Assembly: GCA_002747175.1 (NCBI GenBank)
Contig: PDTK01000031.1
Coordinates: 30,304 to 94,303 of the forward strand
Origin: Deltaproteobacteria bacterium
GTDB lineage: Bacteria > Desulfobacterota > Desulfobacteria > Desulfobacterales > Desulfosarcinaceae
DNA length: 64,000 nucleotides
Direction: 5' to 3'
Shown: positions 20,182 to 29,767 of the stretch, one piece after another
Layout of the letters: every line of letters starts with the position of its first letter
Numbering within the stretch: the stretch's first letter is position 1
Notes under the pieces: generated by a model
What the model was told of the DNA's origin: nothing
What the model saw: the letters and a program-made list of their open reading frames with translations, nothing else
Databases searched by the model: none
Translations under genes and position numbers: made by a program

Positions 20182-21011
20182 TTACGACGAAAGTGCCCGT
20201 GCCAGCGTCAGTACATCCACCCGCCGGGCCCCGGCAGCAATCAAGGCCGCGGCGCAGGCATCTGCCGTGGCGCCGGTGGTCAACACATCGTCCACGATCA
20301 GTATACGCCGGTCTTCGATCCGGTCAGCCTGTCTGACAGCAAATGCTTTTTCGAGATTGCGCCGGCGCCGGGACCGGTTCAAACCGGTCTGGGGCGGGGT
20401 GGCCCGCGTACGCACCAGCGCCCTGGGCTCGATGGCCACATCTTCCCCGAACTGCCCGGCGGCAATCAACAACCAGGCCTGATTGAATCCGCGTTGTCGA
20501 AACCGTGTGCGGTGCATGGGTACCGGCACGATCGCATCCATCGTCCCCGACGCCCAATACCGGCGGTAGGCCGCCTCGAGCAACAGCGCCAGGGGTGCCG
20601 CCAATTCGATCCGGGCCTTGAATTTAAGGGCCTGAATGGCGGTTCGTAACGCCCCCTCGTAAATGCCCGCAGCCCGGGCACGGGTATAGGCACCCGGCCG
20701 AGCCAAACAAGTACCGCAAAGATGGTCCGCACCGCTGCGGCCGGTAAACACAAGCCCGCAACGGGAACACATCGGAGAGGCCACGGGGGTCCATCGGTGA
20801 CTGCAGTCGGCACACAAGTGATCGACCATGGCATCGGTCAGCCCGGATTCCCTCCCCATTGCGCCGGTCCCCAATCCCGACTGCCGATCTCCACGCAAAA
20901 ACAATCTGTCGCAGGAGAGACACCTGGCCGGGAAGAGGGCATCCCGGGCGCAGGCCAGCAGATGTGTACCGACCTGTAGCGCCCTCCTTTTGAGATTCAG
21001 CAGGACACCTA
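20182..21011 (-). CDS. comF: ComF-family phosphoribosyltransferase-like protein with zinc ribbon; start uncertain
   Basis: FPARCLSC, further CxxC pairs, VPVP, RGFNQA, LIVDDVLTTGAT. Confidence 0.85.
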
Positions 21012-22232
21012 TATCATCCGGGCGACGATGGCTTCGGCGAACTGGGAGCACTTGACCTCCTCGGCGCCGTCGATCTGACGGGCCAGATCGTAGGTCACCT
21101 TCCGGGCCTTGATGGCCGCCTGCACGGCGTCGCGGACAATTGTTCCCGCTTCCTTCCAACCCATGTAGTCGAGCATCATGGCGCCGGAGAGGATCAGCGA
21201 CCCGGGGTTGACCTTGTCCATCCCGGTGTATTTGGGTGCCGTGCCGTGGGTGGCCTCGAACACGGCGCAATTGTCACCGATGTTGGCGCCCGGTGCCATG
21301 CCCAATCCACCGACCTGGGCCGCCAATGCATCGGAGATATAGTCGCCGTTGAGGTTGGGGGTGGCGATCACACCATATTCGGCGGGTCTGAGGAGCACCT
21401 GCTGGAAGAGCATATCGGCGATGCGGTCTTTGATCACCACCTTACCCGCAGGCGCCTTGCCACCGTACCGGTCGTAAACCTCGGCCTCACTGATGGTCTG
21501 ATCGCCAAACTGTTCCCGGGCCACCTCGTATCCCCATTGGGCAAAGGCGCCTTCGGTAAATTTCATGATGTTGCCTTTGTGCATGAGCGTCACGCTGGGA
21601 CAGCCGTTTTCGATGGCATAGGCAATGGCGCTGGCCACCAGGCGTTTGGTGTTGCCGGGGCTGATGGGCTTGATGCCGATGCCGGCAGCCGGCGGCACAT
21701 CCACTCCCATATCGGATTTCAGATAGGCGGCCAGCGCTTCAGCCTCCGTCGAACCTGAGGACCATTCGATTCCGGCGTACAGATCTTCGGTGTTTTCACG
21801 GAAAACGACCATGTCGATGGCCTCGGGATGTTTCATGGGGCTGGGCACGGTCTCGATGTAGCGCACCGGGCGCACACAGGCGTAAAGATCCAGCTTCTGC
21901 CGGATGGCCACGTTGAGGCTGCGGAAGCCTTTACCGATGGGGGTGGTCAACGGACCTTTGATGGCCACGACTTTTTCTTCGATGGTATCCAGCGCTTCCT
22001 GGGGCAGATAATTGCCGGTCTGGTGGTACCCCTTCTCTCCCACGGGCAGTTCCAGCCAGTCAATTTTACGGGCGCCGTCATAGGCCGCATCCACTGCTGC
22101 ATCCAGGACCCGCTGGGTGGCCCACCAGATATCGGGACCAATACCGTCGCCTTCGATGAAAGGGATGATGGGATGATCCGGCACATTGAGATTGCCGTCG
22201 GGTTGTTTGACGATTTGTTCTCCGTTTGCCAT
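21009..22232 (-). CDS. icd: NADP-dependent isocitrate dehydrogenase
   Basis: [46 protein letters not shown]. Confidence 0.97.
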   Translation of the reverse strand: MANGEQIVKQPDGNLNVPDHPIIPFIEGDGIGPDIWWATQRVLDAAVDAAYDGARKIDWLELPVGEKGYHQTGNYLPQEALDTIEEKVVAIKGPLTTPIGKGFRSLNVAIRQKLDLYACVRPVRYIETVPSPMKHPEAIDMVVFRENTEDLYAGIEWSSGSTEAEALAAYLKSDMGVDVPPAAGIGIKPISPGNTKRLVASAIAYAIENGCPSVTLMHKGNIMKFTEGAFAQWGYEVAREQFGDQTISEAEVYDRYGGKAPAGKVVIKDRIADMLFQQVLLRPAEYGVIATPNLNGDYISDALAAQVGGLGMAPGANIGDNCAVFEATHGTAPKYTGMDKVNPGSLILSGAMMLDYMGWKEAGTIVRDAVQAAIKARKVTYDLARQIDGAEEVKCSQFAEAIVARMI

Positions 22233-22265
22233 GGCTCGCTCCTTCTATATGAAATTGGGTCACAG

Positions 22266-22370
22266 TCACCAACCACTCACTGAGATCGTGGCTTGATGGT
22301 TCCCCCTTGAGGGGGGCAACCAAATATCAGTGAACGCTGAACATCGAACGTCCAACTTCGCATTTTGAAT
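22266..22370. repeat. Repeat family B, copy 1 (palindromic IS200-like end plus heptamer tail)
   Basis: CACC.ACCAC..GTGG, CCCCCTTGAGGGGG hairpin, TCGAACGTCCAACTTCG; matches 47620 and 63040. Confidence 0.75.
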
Positions 22371-22440
22371 AAGGAATCCTGTCGTTTTCGATTTTTTTGT
22401 CCCCTTCTTCAGATGGGCTTGCCGATACCCTAAAACTGTA

Positions 22441-23226
22441 TCAGGCCGATGGTTCCACCTGCCGCTGTCGCAGGGCTTCATACAGGGCCACGGCCGTGGC
22501 GGTGGAAGCGTTCAACGAGTCCACACGGCCCCGCAACGGTATGGATACCAGATAGTCACATGACTGCCGGACCAGGGGGCGCAGGCCCTTTTCCTCACCG
22601 CCAATCACAAGTGCCAGGGCGCCTTTGAAATCAGCCTGGTAAATGGTCCGATCCGCCTCCATGGCCAGTCCCGCTGCCCAGACACCCTTTTTCTTAAGCC
22701 AGCCAATGGTCTTGGCCAGATTGGTAACCCGGCACAGCCGGGTGTGTTCCAACGCACCGGCAGAGGCCTTGGAAACGGTGGGGGTTGCACCGGCGGCCCG
22801 GTCCTTGGTAATCACCAGCGCATCCGCCCCGGCACAATGAGCCGATCGAACCACGGCCCCCAGATTGTGCGGGTCAACAATACGGTCCAATAATACCAGC
22901 AGGCAGTCGCCGCCGACAGCCATGCGTGCGTCGACGATGGCTTCCACGGAATCAATGGGCAAAGGGGAAACCGTGGCCGCAATACCCTGATGCTGGTCAC
23001 TGCCGGTCAACTGGCGCATCTGCTCGGGCGTCCGGGTCTGCCATGCAATTTGCCGGCGGGATGCCAGTTCAACGATATCCGCCTGGCGGCCGGAGGGTGC
23101 GGGGCGGTCCACCATCAGGCCATTGATCCGGCGCCGACCGGCCACAAGCGCCTCTCTCACCGGGTGAATCCCGTATAAGACTTCGCGGCCCGACGGTATC
23201 TTTGGCTGGCGGCCCACCTCAAACAC
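22441..23226 (-). CDS. rlmB: 23S rRNA Gm2251 methyltransferase
   Basis: LYGIHPV, HQGI, DPHNLGA, GGEEKGLR, SLNAS. Confidence 0.93.
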   Translation of the reverse strand: MFEVGRQPKIPSGREVLYGIHPVREALVAGRRRINGLMVDRPAPSGRQADIVELASRRQIAWQTRTPEQMRQLTGSDQHQGIAATVSPLPIDSVEAIVDARMAVGGDCLLVLLDRIVDPHNLGAVVRSAHCAGADALVITKDRAAGATPTVSKASAGALEHTRLCRVTNLAKTIGWLKKKGVWAAGLAMEADRTIYQADFKGALALVIGGEEKGLRPLVRQSCDYLVSIPLRGRVDSLNASTATAVALYEALRQRQVEPSA

Positions 23227-23812
23227 GCCCTCTGCCTTTTAGAATGGCCACGAACTGCGCAATGGCCGTTTCCAATACATCATTGACCACTACGTGGCGG
23301 TACATGTGCCGTCCGGCAATCTCGGCTTCGGCATTGCGCATGCGGGTTTCGATCACGGCATCACTGTCCTGCCCCCGTGCGATCAACCGCCGATGCAGGT
23401 CATCCAGCGAAGGGGCCATGATGAAGATCGTCACCGCATCCGGATAGCGCTCCAGCAGTTGGGCGGCACCCTGAACATCAATGTCCAGCAGCACGTCCCG
23501 GCCGGCATCCAGATGTCGCTGAATAAAGTCGGCCGAGGTGCCGTAATAATTGTCATGCACCCGGGCCCATTCCGCCCATTCGCCGTTGTCGATGCCCTGC
23601 TTGAAACGGGATTCGGAAACGAAAAAATAGTCGAGGCCATCCCGTTCGCCGTCTCTAGGCGGGCGCGTGGTCGAACTGGTGGAGTAAACCAATTGGGGCA
23701 ATTGCCGCCGGGCTGCATGACAAAGCGTGGTTTTGCCGGCTCCTGACGGTGCGGATACGACGAACAGACGTCCGTCTGCAACCTCCGGATCAATGTTTGA
23801 CGTGGATCGCAT
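23219..23812 (-). CDS. gmk: Guanylate kinase
   Basis: SAPSGAGKTT, TTRPPR, YYGT, LDIDVQG. Confidence 0.96.
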   Translation of the reverse strand: MRSTSNIDPEVADGRLFVVSAPSGAGKTTLCHAARRQLPQLVYSTSSTTRPPRDGERDGLDYFFVSESRFKQGIDNGEWAEWARVHDNYYGTSADFIQRHLDAGRDVLLDIDVQGAAQLLERYPDAVTIFIMAPSLDDLHRRLIARGQDSDAVIETRMRNAEAEIAGRHMYRHVVVNDVLETAIAQFVAILKGRGRV

Positions 23813-23858
23813 AAAACTCCCGGTCTGTGTGGCTACCGTTTCGGATGACGAATCCGCG

Positions 23859-24125
23859 TTAATCGGCGGCGTCACCTTTGCCTTTGAGATCCTGGAATCG
23901 CTGTGATACCGTTTCGAACTGAATCGCCGACAGGATCACATGGTTGCTGTCCATAATCACGATGGCACGCGTGCGGCGCCCCTGGGTGGCATCCACCAAT
24001 TTATTTTCTTTGCGGGCCTCGTCCTTGAGCCGCTTCATGGGCGACGAACCAGGCGAGACAATGGCCACCACCCGATCCGCGACGACCTTGTTACCGAAGC
24101 CGACATTGAGCAGTTTTTTTTCCAT
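23859..24125 (-). CDS. RemA/DUF370-family protein
   Basis: [23 protein letters not shown]; yicC-DUF370-gmk order. Confidence 0.9.
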   Translation of the reverse strand: MEKKLLNVGFGNKVVADRVVAIVSPGSSPMKRLKDEARKENKLVDATQGRRTRAIVIMDSNHVILSAIQFETVSQRFQDLKGKGDAAD

Positions 24126-24193
24126 AAAAGTCGAAAATGTTAGACAGACACGAACGATAACTTTCGCATTTTTTTATGCAACCATGATGGGAT

Positions 24194-25075
24194 CTACTCT
24201 ACGTTCTGGACCTGCTCCCTGAGCTTCTCCAGTTCCGATTTGACGGCCACGATCACATGGGACATGCTAGCCTTGCCCGCCTTGGACCCCATGGTGTTGA
24301 ATTCCCGGTTGAATTCCTGAAGCAGAAAATTCAGCGGCCTTCCGGCCGGCGCGGGATCGTCCATCAACATACGGAACTGCTGGATGTGGCTTTTGGCCCG
24401 CACCACTTCCTCGGAGATATCGCTGCGGTCTGCCAACAGGGCCGCTTCCTGGACGATGCGAGACTGATCGATGTCGACAATGCCGTTGGTCAGGGAACCG
24501 ATACGCTCCATCAGTCGTTGGCGGTACATATCCGGCAGTTGGGCTGCCTCCGATTCGATCCGGCCCATCATGGTTTCGATGGTCTCCAGACGCTGACTGA
24601 AATCACGGGCCATGTTGTCGCCTTCCACCCGGCGCATGGCGTCCAGACCAGCCAGGGCTTTTTGCAGACAGTCCCGGACATGGGGCCAGACGGCATCCGT
24701 ATCCGTGGGAATATCCACCGCCTGGATCATACCGCCGGCCCCGAGAATCGTCTCCACCCCGATGGGCGCCTCGATTCCCAGCGCTTCGGTCAGTTGGCTC
24801 AGGGCCTGGTGGTAGGCATGGGCACGCGGCAGCTTGACTTCAAACGCGTGCTCTTTTTCCGCGTCATCCTCGATTCGGACCCGGATCTCGACCCTTCCCC
24901 GGACGACGCTGTCCCCGATGACGGCCTTGATACGCTCCTCCAAAGGCTCATAACCATGGGTCAATTTCAAAGCCACGTCCAGGTGCCGGTTGTTGTATGT
25001 GCGCACCTCTACACAGATGGTGTAAGTTGCCGTCCGGATCTCGGACCGGGCATAGGCGGTCATGCTTTTGATCAT
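24194..25075 (-). CDS. yicC: YicC/YloC-family endoribonuclease
   Basis: MIKSMTAY, DISEEVVR, QEFNREFNTMGSK, REQVQNVE. Confidence 0.93.
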   Translation of the reverse strand: MIKSMTAYARSEIRTATYTICVEVRTYNNRHLDVALKLTHGYEPLEERIKAVIGDSVVRGRVEIRVRIEDDAEKEHAFEVKLPRAHAYHQALSQLTEALGIEAPIGVETILGAGGMIQAVDIPTDTDAVWPHVRDCLQKALAGLDAMRRVEGDNMARDFSQRLETIETMMGRIESEAAQLPDMYRQRLMERIGSLTNGIVDIDQSRIVQEAALLADRSDISEEVVRAKSHIQQFRMLMDDPAPAGRPLNFLLQEFNREFNTMGSKAGKASMSHVIVAVKSELEKLREQVQNVE

Positions 25076-25210
25076 GGTTTTCCTTTTGCGAATTGCTAAA
25101 AGCTAACGACGAATGGCTCAACTCAGGTTTATGTAGCTTGCCTCCGGCTTTCCCTTCGTAAGCGTTTACAGGTATTGGCTGATTCTACCCCGTTGAACAG
25201 GTACTTCCCG

Positions 25211-25810
25211 TCAGGGTGAAAATTGGCTGTCAGCGATACCGGCGCGAGAACAGGTATCCTCTACCGACCCCTTGAAACTGGACGGGCCGCGCTTCAATTC
25301 CAGCATATACCGTTTGCGCACCAACATTAAAAAATCGGTCATGCGGCCGTCGGCATAATCCGGATAGGTCCAGGGCAACACACGGAAGGCCCCTTTCCGG
25401 TATATCAGGGTCAGATCCGCATAAATGCCTTTGTCCATGTAGATGCGGTGGGAGAAGTTCTTGCCGCTGGCCAGAACCAATCGTTCGGGCAGCAGATAGC
25501 CTGGATCGATATTCACCCGGCGGCTGCCTGACTGCCGATAGTGATCCTCTACCTCGTTGGTCAGGTGCTTGATTCCGGCCAGCTCGGTCTGCTCGACCAA
25601 TGGTTTAAAAACCAGCATCCGTCTGCTGAGCGGAGCCCCCATCTCCTTTTCGTAATAGCTCGTAAAATCGAAATCCATCCAGGCGCTTGCCAACTCCAAC
25701 GGTCCCAGCCGCTTCTGTAGCTGCGCGACGATGTCTGCTGCCAAAGAGCGATCCTTGACGAAAAAACCGGTTATCAGCTTGGCGGGTGTCGGGGGCTTGG
25801 GCTGGCTCAT
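25211..25810 (-). CDS. DUF4416-family protein
   Basis: TSYYEKEMG, RRVNIDPGY, KNFSHRIY, PWTYPDY. Confidence 0.8.
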   Translation of the reverse strand: MSQPKPPTPAKLITGFFVKDRSLAADIVAQLQKRLGPLELASAWMDFDFTSYYEKEMGAPLSRRMLVFKPLVEQTELAGIKHLTNEVEDHYRQSGSRRVNIDPGYLLPERLVLASGKNFSHRIYMDKGIYADLTLIYRKGAFRVLPWTYPDYADGRMTDFLMLVRKRYMLELKRGPSSFKGSVEDTCSRAGIADSQFSP

Positions 25811-26019
25811 AGAGCAATGGTTTCTGTCATTTTGTTTTTTCGGTCGCCGGCAGAAACGGCTTCCGATCGTCACTGTTGCGAAGACCGGATTCCAGCGTCT
25901 TCGTTCGGCCCAGATCAAGGCGGGCGATCATTTCGACCGCTGGTATACCTGGTGTATGTCGAGGATTGAAATGCGAGCCAATACAAATATGGTTCAGGAT
26001 TGAATGTTCTATCCGATTT

Positions 26020-26187
26020 TCATAGCGGTTTGGCTTCCTCAATCAACATAATCGGAATATCGTCCCTGATTTCATACACAAGCCGGCAGGCTTCACAAAT
26101 CAGTCCGTCCTGACCGGCGTTAAGCCGTATATCCCCCTTGCACTGGGGGCAGGCGAGGATTTCAAGCAGTTCCGGGTTGATGCTCAT
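26020..26187 (-). CDS. Trm112/YcaR-family protein (55 aa, below ORF-track cutoff)
   Basis: Manual translation MSINPELLEILACPQCKG...CEACRLVYEIRDDIPIMLIEEAKPL; AGGAGG RBS. Confidence 0.9.
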   Translation of the reverse strand: MSINPELLEILACPQCKGDIRLNAGQDGLICEACRLVYEIRDDIPIMLIEEAKPL

Positions 26188-27691
26188 CTCGACCTCCTGT
26201 ATCGGATTGGGTGTCAGCGGTCATTTTGCGTGCGATGGCCGTGGTACTGTGCCCCGGCAAGATATCCACCAGTCGGACCTTGCCGCCGTATGATTCGACG
26301 ACATCCTTGCCCACCACCGCTTCGATACGGTAATCCGCACCTTTTACCAGTATGTCGGGTTTCAGATGGGTGATCAGCTCAAGGGGGGTATCGTCCCCGA
26401 AAAAAACCACCATGTCTACATCCTCCAGGGCACTGAGAATGGCGGCCCGATCCCGGCCGGGCAAAATGGGGCGCTGGTCCCCTTTGAGACGCCGGATGGA
26501 ATCGTCCGTATTCAACCCCACGATCAGTCGATCTCCCAGTTGGCGGGCCTGGTGCAACAAGCTGACGTGGCCGGGATGCAGCAGATCGAAACAGCCGTTG
26601 GTGAAAACGATGCGTTGCCCGGTTTGCCGCCAGTGAGCCAAACGGGATATGGCCTCCCGGGTATCGGCGACCTTCCATAAAGCAAAGGCCGATTGATTCT
26701 CGGCACTATCCATCAGTACCGGTTCCAGCTCGGCCCAGCGCACCGGCTGGGTCCCCAGTTTGGCGACCACGATCCCGGCGGCGGCATTGGCGACGACGGC
26801 CGCATCGCCGTAATTCATCCCGACAGCCACGCACGCCGCCAGGCTGGCGATCACCGTATCGCCGGCGCCGGAAACATCGAAAACCTCCCGGGCCCGGGCG
26901 GCGATCATTACCGGTTCCATCGCTTCACCGAACAGGGCCATACCCCGGGGCCCCCGGGTAACCAGCAGCCATTCCAGGTCCAGTCTGGCCCGAAGCGTCT
27001 CGGCCGCGGGGATCAGATCTTCCGCAGTCCTGATCGGGGTCCCGGCAGCCAGTTCCAGTTCCGCGGTGTTGGGAGTGATGCAGCTAGCCCCGGTGTATCG
27101 CTGCCAGTCCATACCCTTGGGGTCGATGAAGACAGGCAGGGACCGTTTGCGGCAGGCTGCAATCAATGCCTGTGTAAACTTGTCGGATGCGAACATGCCC
27201 TTGCCGTAATCGGACAGGATCACGGCATCCACCCGAGGCAAAATCTGTCCGGCGGATGTCAGCAGGCGCCCGGCCGTGGGGCCATTGATGGCACTACCGT
27301 CTTCCTCGTCAAGGCGCACCACCTGCTGTTTACTGGCCATGATGCGGGTTTTGGTGATGGTGGGACGCCCGGCATCCTCCAGGCAATCGTTTTCAATTCC
27401 CATGGCTTCCAGCATCGCGCGGATTCGGTCGGCGGCGGCATCACGGCCGATCAGGCCGATGATCGTTGTGCGGCATCCCAACCCGGCCAGGTTGGCGGCC
27501 ACATTGCCGGCCCCGCCCAACTGATAGGTTTTTTCCTTGACCTTGACCACCGGCACCGGCGCCTCTGGAGAAATCCGGCGCACATCGCCCCAACAGTAGC
27601 AGTCCAGCATCAGGTCACCGAACACCAGCAATCGGGCCTGTTGCCATCGTTCCTGAAAGCGGCCGTTGACGGTCGGCAGCGTCATGATCAT
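26162..27691 (-). CDS. hldE: Bifunctional heptose-7-phosphate kinase / heptose-1-phosphate adenylyltransferase
   Basis: RISPEAPVPV, DVSGAGDT, FTNGCFDLLHPGH. Confidence 0.96.
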   Translation of the reverse strand: MIMTLPTVNGRFQERWQQARLLVFGDLMLDCYCWGDVRRISPEAPVPVVKVKEKTYQLGGAGNVAANLAGLGCRTTIIGLIGRDAAADRIRAMLEAMGIENDCLEDAGRPTITKTRIMASKQQVVRLDEEDGSAINGPTAGRLLTSAGQILPRVDAVILSDYGKGMFASDKFTQALIAACRKRSLPVFIDPKGMDWQRYTGASCITPNTAELELAAGTPIRTAEDLIPAAETLRARLDLEWLLVTRGPRGMALFGEAMEPVMIAARAREVFDVSGAGDTVIASLAACVAVGMNYGDAAVVANAAAGIVVAKLGTQPVRWAELEPVLMDSAENQSAFALWKVADTREAISRLAHWRQTGQRIVFTNGCFDLLHPGHVSLLHQARQLGDRLIVGLNTDDSIRRLKGDQRPILPGRDRAAILSALEDVDMVVFFGDDTPLELITHLKPDILVKGADYRIEAVVGKDVVESYGGKVRLVDILPGHSTTAIARKMTADTQSDTGGRDEHQPGTA

Positions 27692-28257
27692 TCGGCCTCC
27701 TTGGGCAACAGGCCACGGTCAAGCAGCTTGGCCCAGTAATGCAGGATAAAAATATGCGCCTCCTGAATTCGCGCCGTGCTGCGACTTTTCACCACAATGG
27801 CCCGCTCCACCTGACCGGCCAGGGCGCCGCCGTCGTTGCCCAGCAGTCCCATCGTGGAAAGCTTCAAGGATGCAGCCCGAATCGCGGCCCGGATCACGTT
27901 TTGGGAATTGCCGGAGGTTGAAATGCCCACCAGCATGTCTCCCGGACGCCCCAGGGCCTCCACCTGACGGGCGAAGACCGCATCGTAGCCGTAATCGTTT
28001 CCCACGGCGGTCAAAATAGAGGTATCCGTGGACAGGGCAATCGCCGGGAAGGCACCGCGTTCGATTTCGAAACGGCCGACGATCTCCGCAGCGAAATGCT
28101 GGGCATCACCCGCGCTGCCGCCATTTCCGCAGACCAGTATTTTGCCCCCCTCCGCAAGGCAGCTCAACAGCGCCTCTCCTGCCTGACGCAACAATGGCGC
28201 CTGTTCCCTGATGCTTTCCAGGCAACGAATATGGTCATCTAACATGGTGTTCAGCAT
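27688..28257 (-). CDS. gmhA: Phosphoheptose isomerase
   Basis: CGNGGSAGDAQHFAAE, NDYG, STSGNS, RIQEAH. Confidence 0.96.
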   Translation of the reverse strand: MLNTMLDDHIRCLESIREQAPLLRQAGEALLSCLAEGGKILVCGNGGSAGDAQHFAAEIVGRFEIERGAFPAIALSTDTSILTAVGNDYGYDAVFARQVEALGRPGDMLVGISTSGNSQNVIRAAIRAASLKLSTMGLLGNDGGALAGQVERAIVVKSRSTARIQEAHIFILHYWAKLLDRGLLPKEAE

Positions 28258-28429
28258 GATTTGCCGACCCTCCAGACCTCCAAATCAGATCAATGGCCAA
28301 CCAACGTAGCATAGCCGGGACGGATTTACAGCAATATTTGACAAACCTCAAAGCCCTGAAACCAAATTGTTTTGGTATTGGGCGCATTGATCATCAGGAT
28401 TTATTTGGCACTTGATATGTCCACGTTTG

Positions 28430-29392
28430 TCATTCGCCAACCGGTGACGCTTCGTAAATGGCTGCGGCCAGCAACGGAATCATGATTTCATGATGGCCGG
28501 TGATGGCATAGCCGTTGCCGCCGCACAATACCGGTCTTCGGACCACATTGACGCCGGGCCGATAGTGCTGGATCATGTCGAAATTGGCGGTGGTGAAATC
28601 CTTTACCGGAAAACCCAGATTGCGTGCCACAGCCAGGGATTTGAGAAACACCTCGGGCATGATTACGGCACTGCCGAGGTTGAGAACCACCCCACCGCCC
28701 CCCAACCGGGCCACCGTGGCGGCGAAAATCCTGAAATCCCTCAGGGAAGCACTGCCGATGGCGGCACCGCTGGCCGAGGGATGCTGATGAACAATATCGG
28801 TCCCCATGGCCACATGCAGGGTATAGGGGATGGTCAACTGGTGGGCACGCGCAATCAGGGCCCGCCCCAGATGAGGCGCGTCTTCCTCGATCAGCATGGC
28901 CCCCACGGCCTCGCCAAACCCTTCACGGCCGTCGGCGGCACGCTGGGCGGCGGCATTGACCAAGGCCGCCGTGTCCGCGGCCATTCCGAAGGAGCCATCC
29001 GCCAGTTGTTCGGCCACATCCTCGGAAGTGTGGCCGAAACGCGCCAGTTCCGTGTCGTGAATGGCTGCCGCGCCGTTGGATGCCAGGTGGGTGATATAGC
29101 CGTCCTCGGCCAGCCCGGCCAGCACCGGGGCGCAGCCGGTCTTGATGACGTGGCCGCCGAACATGGCGACGATCGGTTTGCCAACCTGCTTTGCCCTGAC
29201 AACGTCACGGGCAACGGCCTTCAAGTCCGCAGCCTTGAGCACGGCCGGCAGCCGGTCGAGAAACTCAGAGAAGGCCAGCCCCTTTTTCACGGGCCTGGCT
29301 TCCAGGGTTGTCGTCACTTTGGACGGCCGTTTTGCGGCGTGGTATGTCTTGACTGAGGAAATATCGATCTCTTGATGGGGCATGGTTTCCAT
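28430..29392 (-). CDS. Conserved hypothetical protein (GSU2086-like, possible deoxyhypusine-synthase-like fold)
   Basis: GGHVIK, NGAAAIHD, GTDIVHQHP, LGSAVIMPEVFLK, GHHEIM; upstream of gmhA-hldE. Confidence 0.7.
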   Translation of the reverse strand: METMPHQEIDISSVKTYHAAKRPSKVTTTLEARPVKKGLAFSEFLDRLPAVLKAADLKAVARDVVRAKQVGKPIVAMFGGHVIKTGCAPVLAGLAEDGYITHLASNGAAAIHDTELARFGHTSEDVAEQLADGSFGMAADTAALVNAAAQRAADGREGFGEAVGAMLIEEDAPHLGRALIARAHQLTIPYTLHVAMGTDIVHQHPSASGAAIGSASLRDFRIFAATVARLGGGGVVLNLGSAVIMPEVFLKSLAVARNLGFPVKDFTTANFDMIQHYRPGVNVVRRPVLCGGNGYAITGHHEIMIPLLAAAIYEASPVGE

Positions 29393-29767
29393 CCTATAGA
29401 GATTACAGTTGGTTGCGTTTTACACTATGGGCTTTTGCCGTACACCTTCTATCTTTGGGGATTGGGTTTTGGGCCAACATATACTTCCGGCTGTCAATTG
29501 GCAATGCCTATCCAGGCAGACGGATTTGGAATCGGCACATCGCCCCGGCCCCGGGCATTTACCCGGACATTGCACCTCCGGGGATTGCCTGGACGGTAAC
29601 CTTTACAAAACCGCTTACATGGACCGGAAAATGGCCATTTCAGGAGGGAAAAATTCCAGAGACAATTCAATCCGCTTGTCGATGCAACCTCTGAAATCGT
29701 CCGGATTATGGATATTGGATTTATAATTGTCTTGAGAAAAAGAGAGACATATGGTTCTTTTGTCAAT

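Noticed and set aside
21012-21270. N-terminal extension of the 362-aa comF ORF
   Set aside because: Lies inside icd in another frame and reads as non-protein sequence
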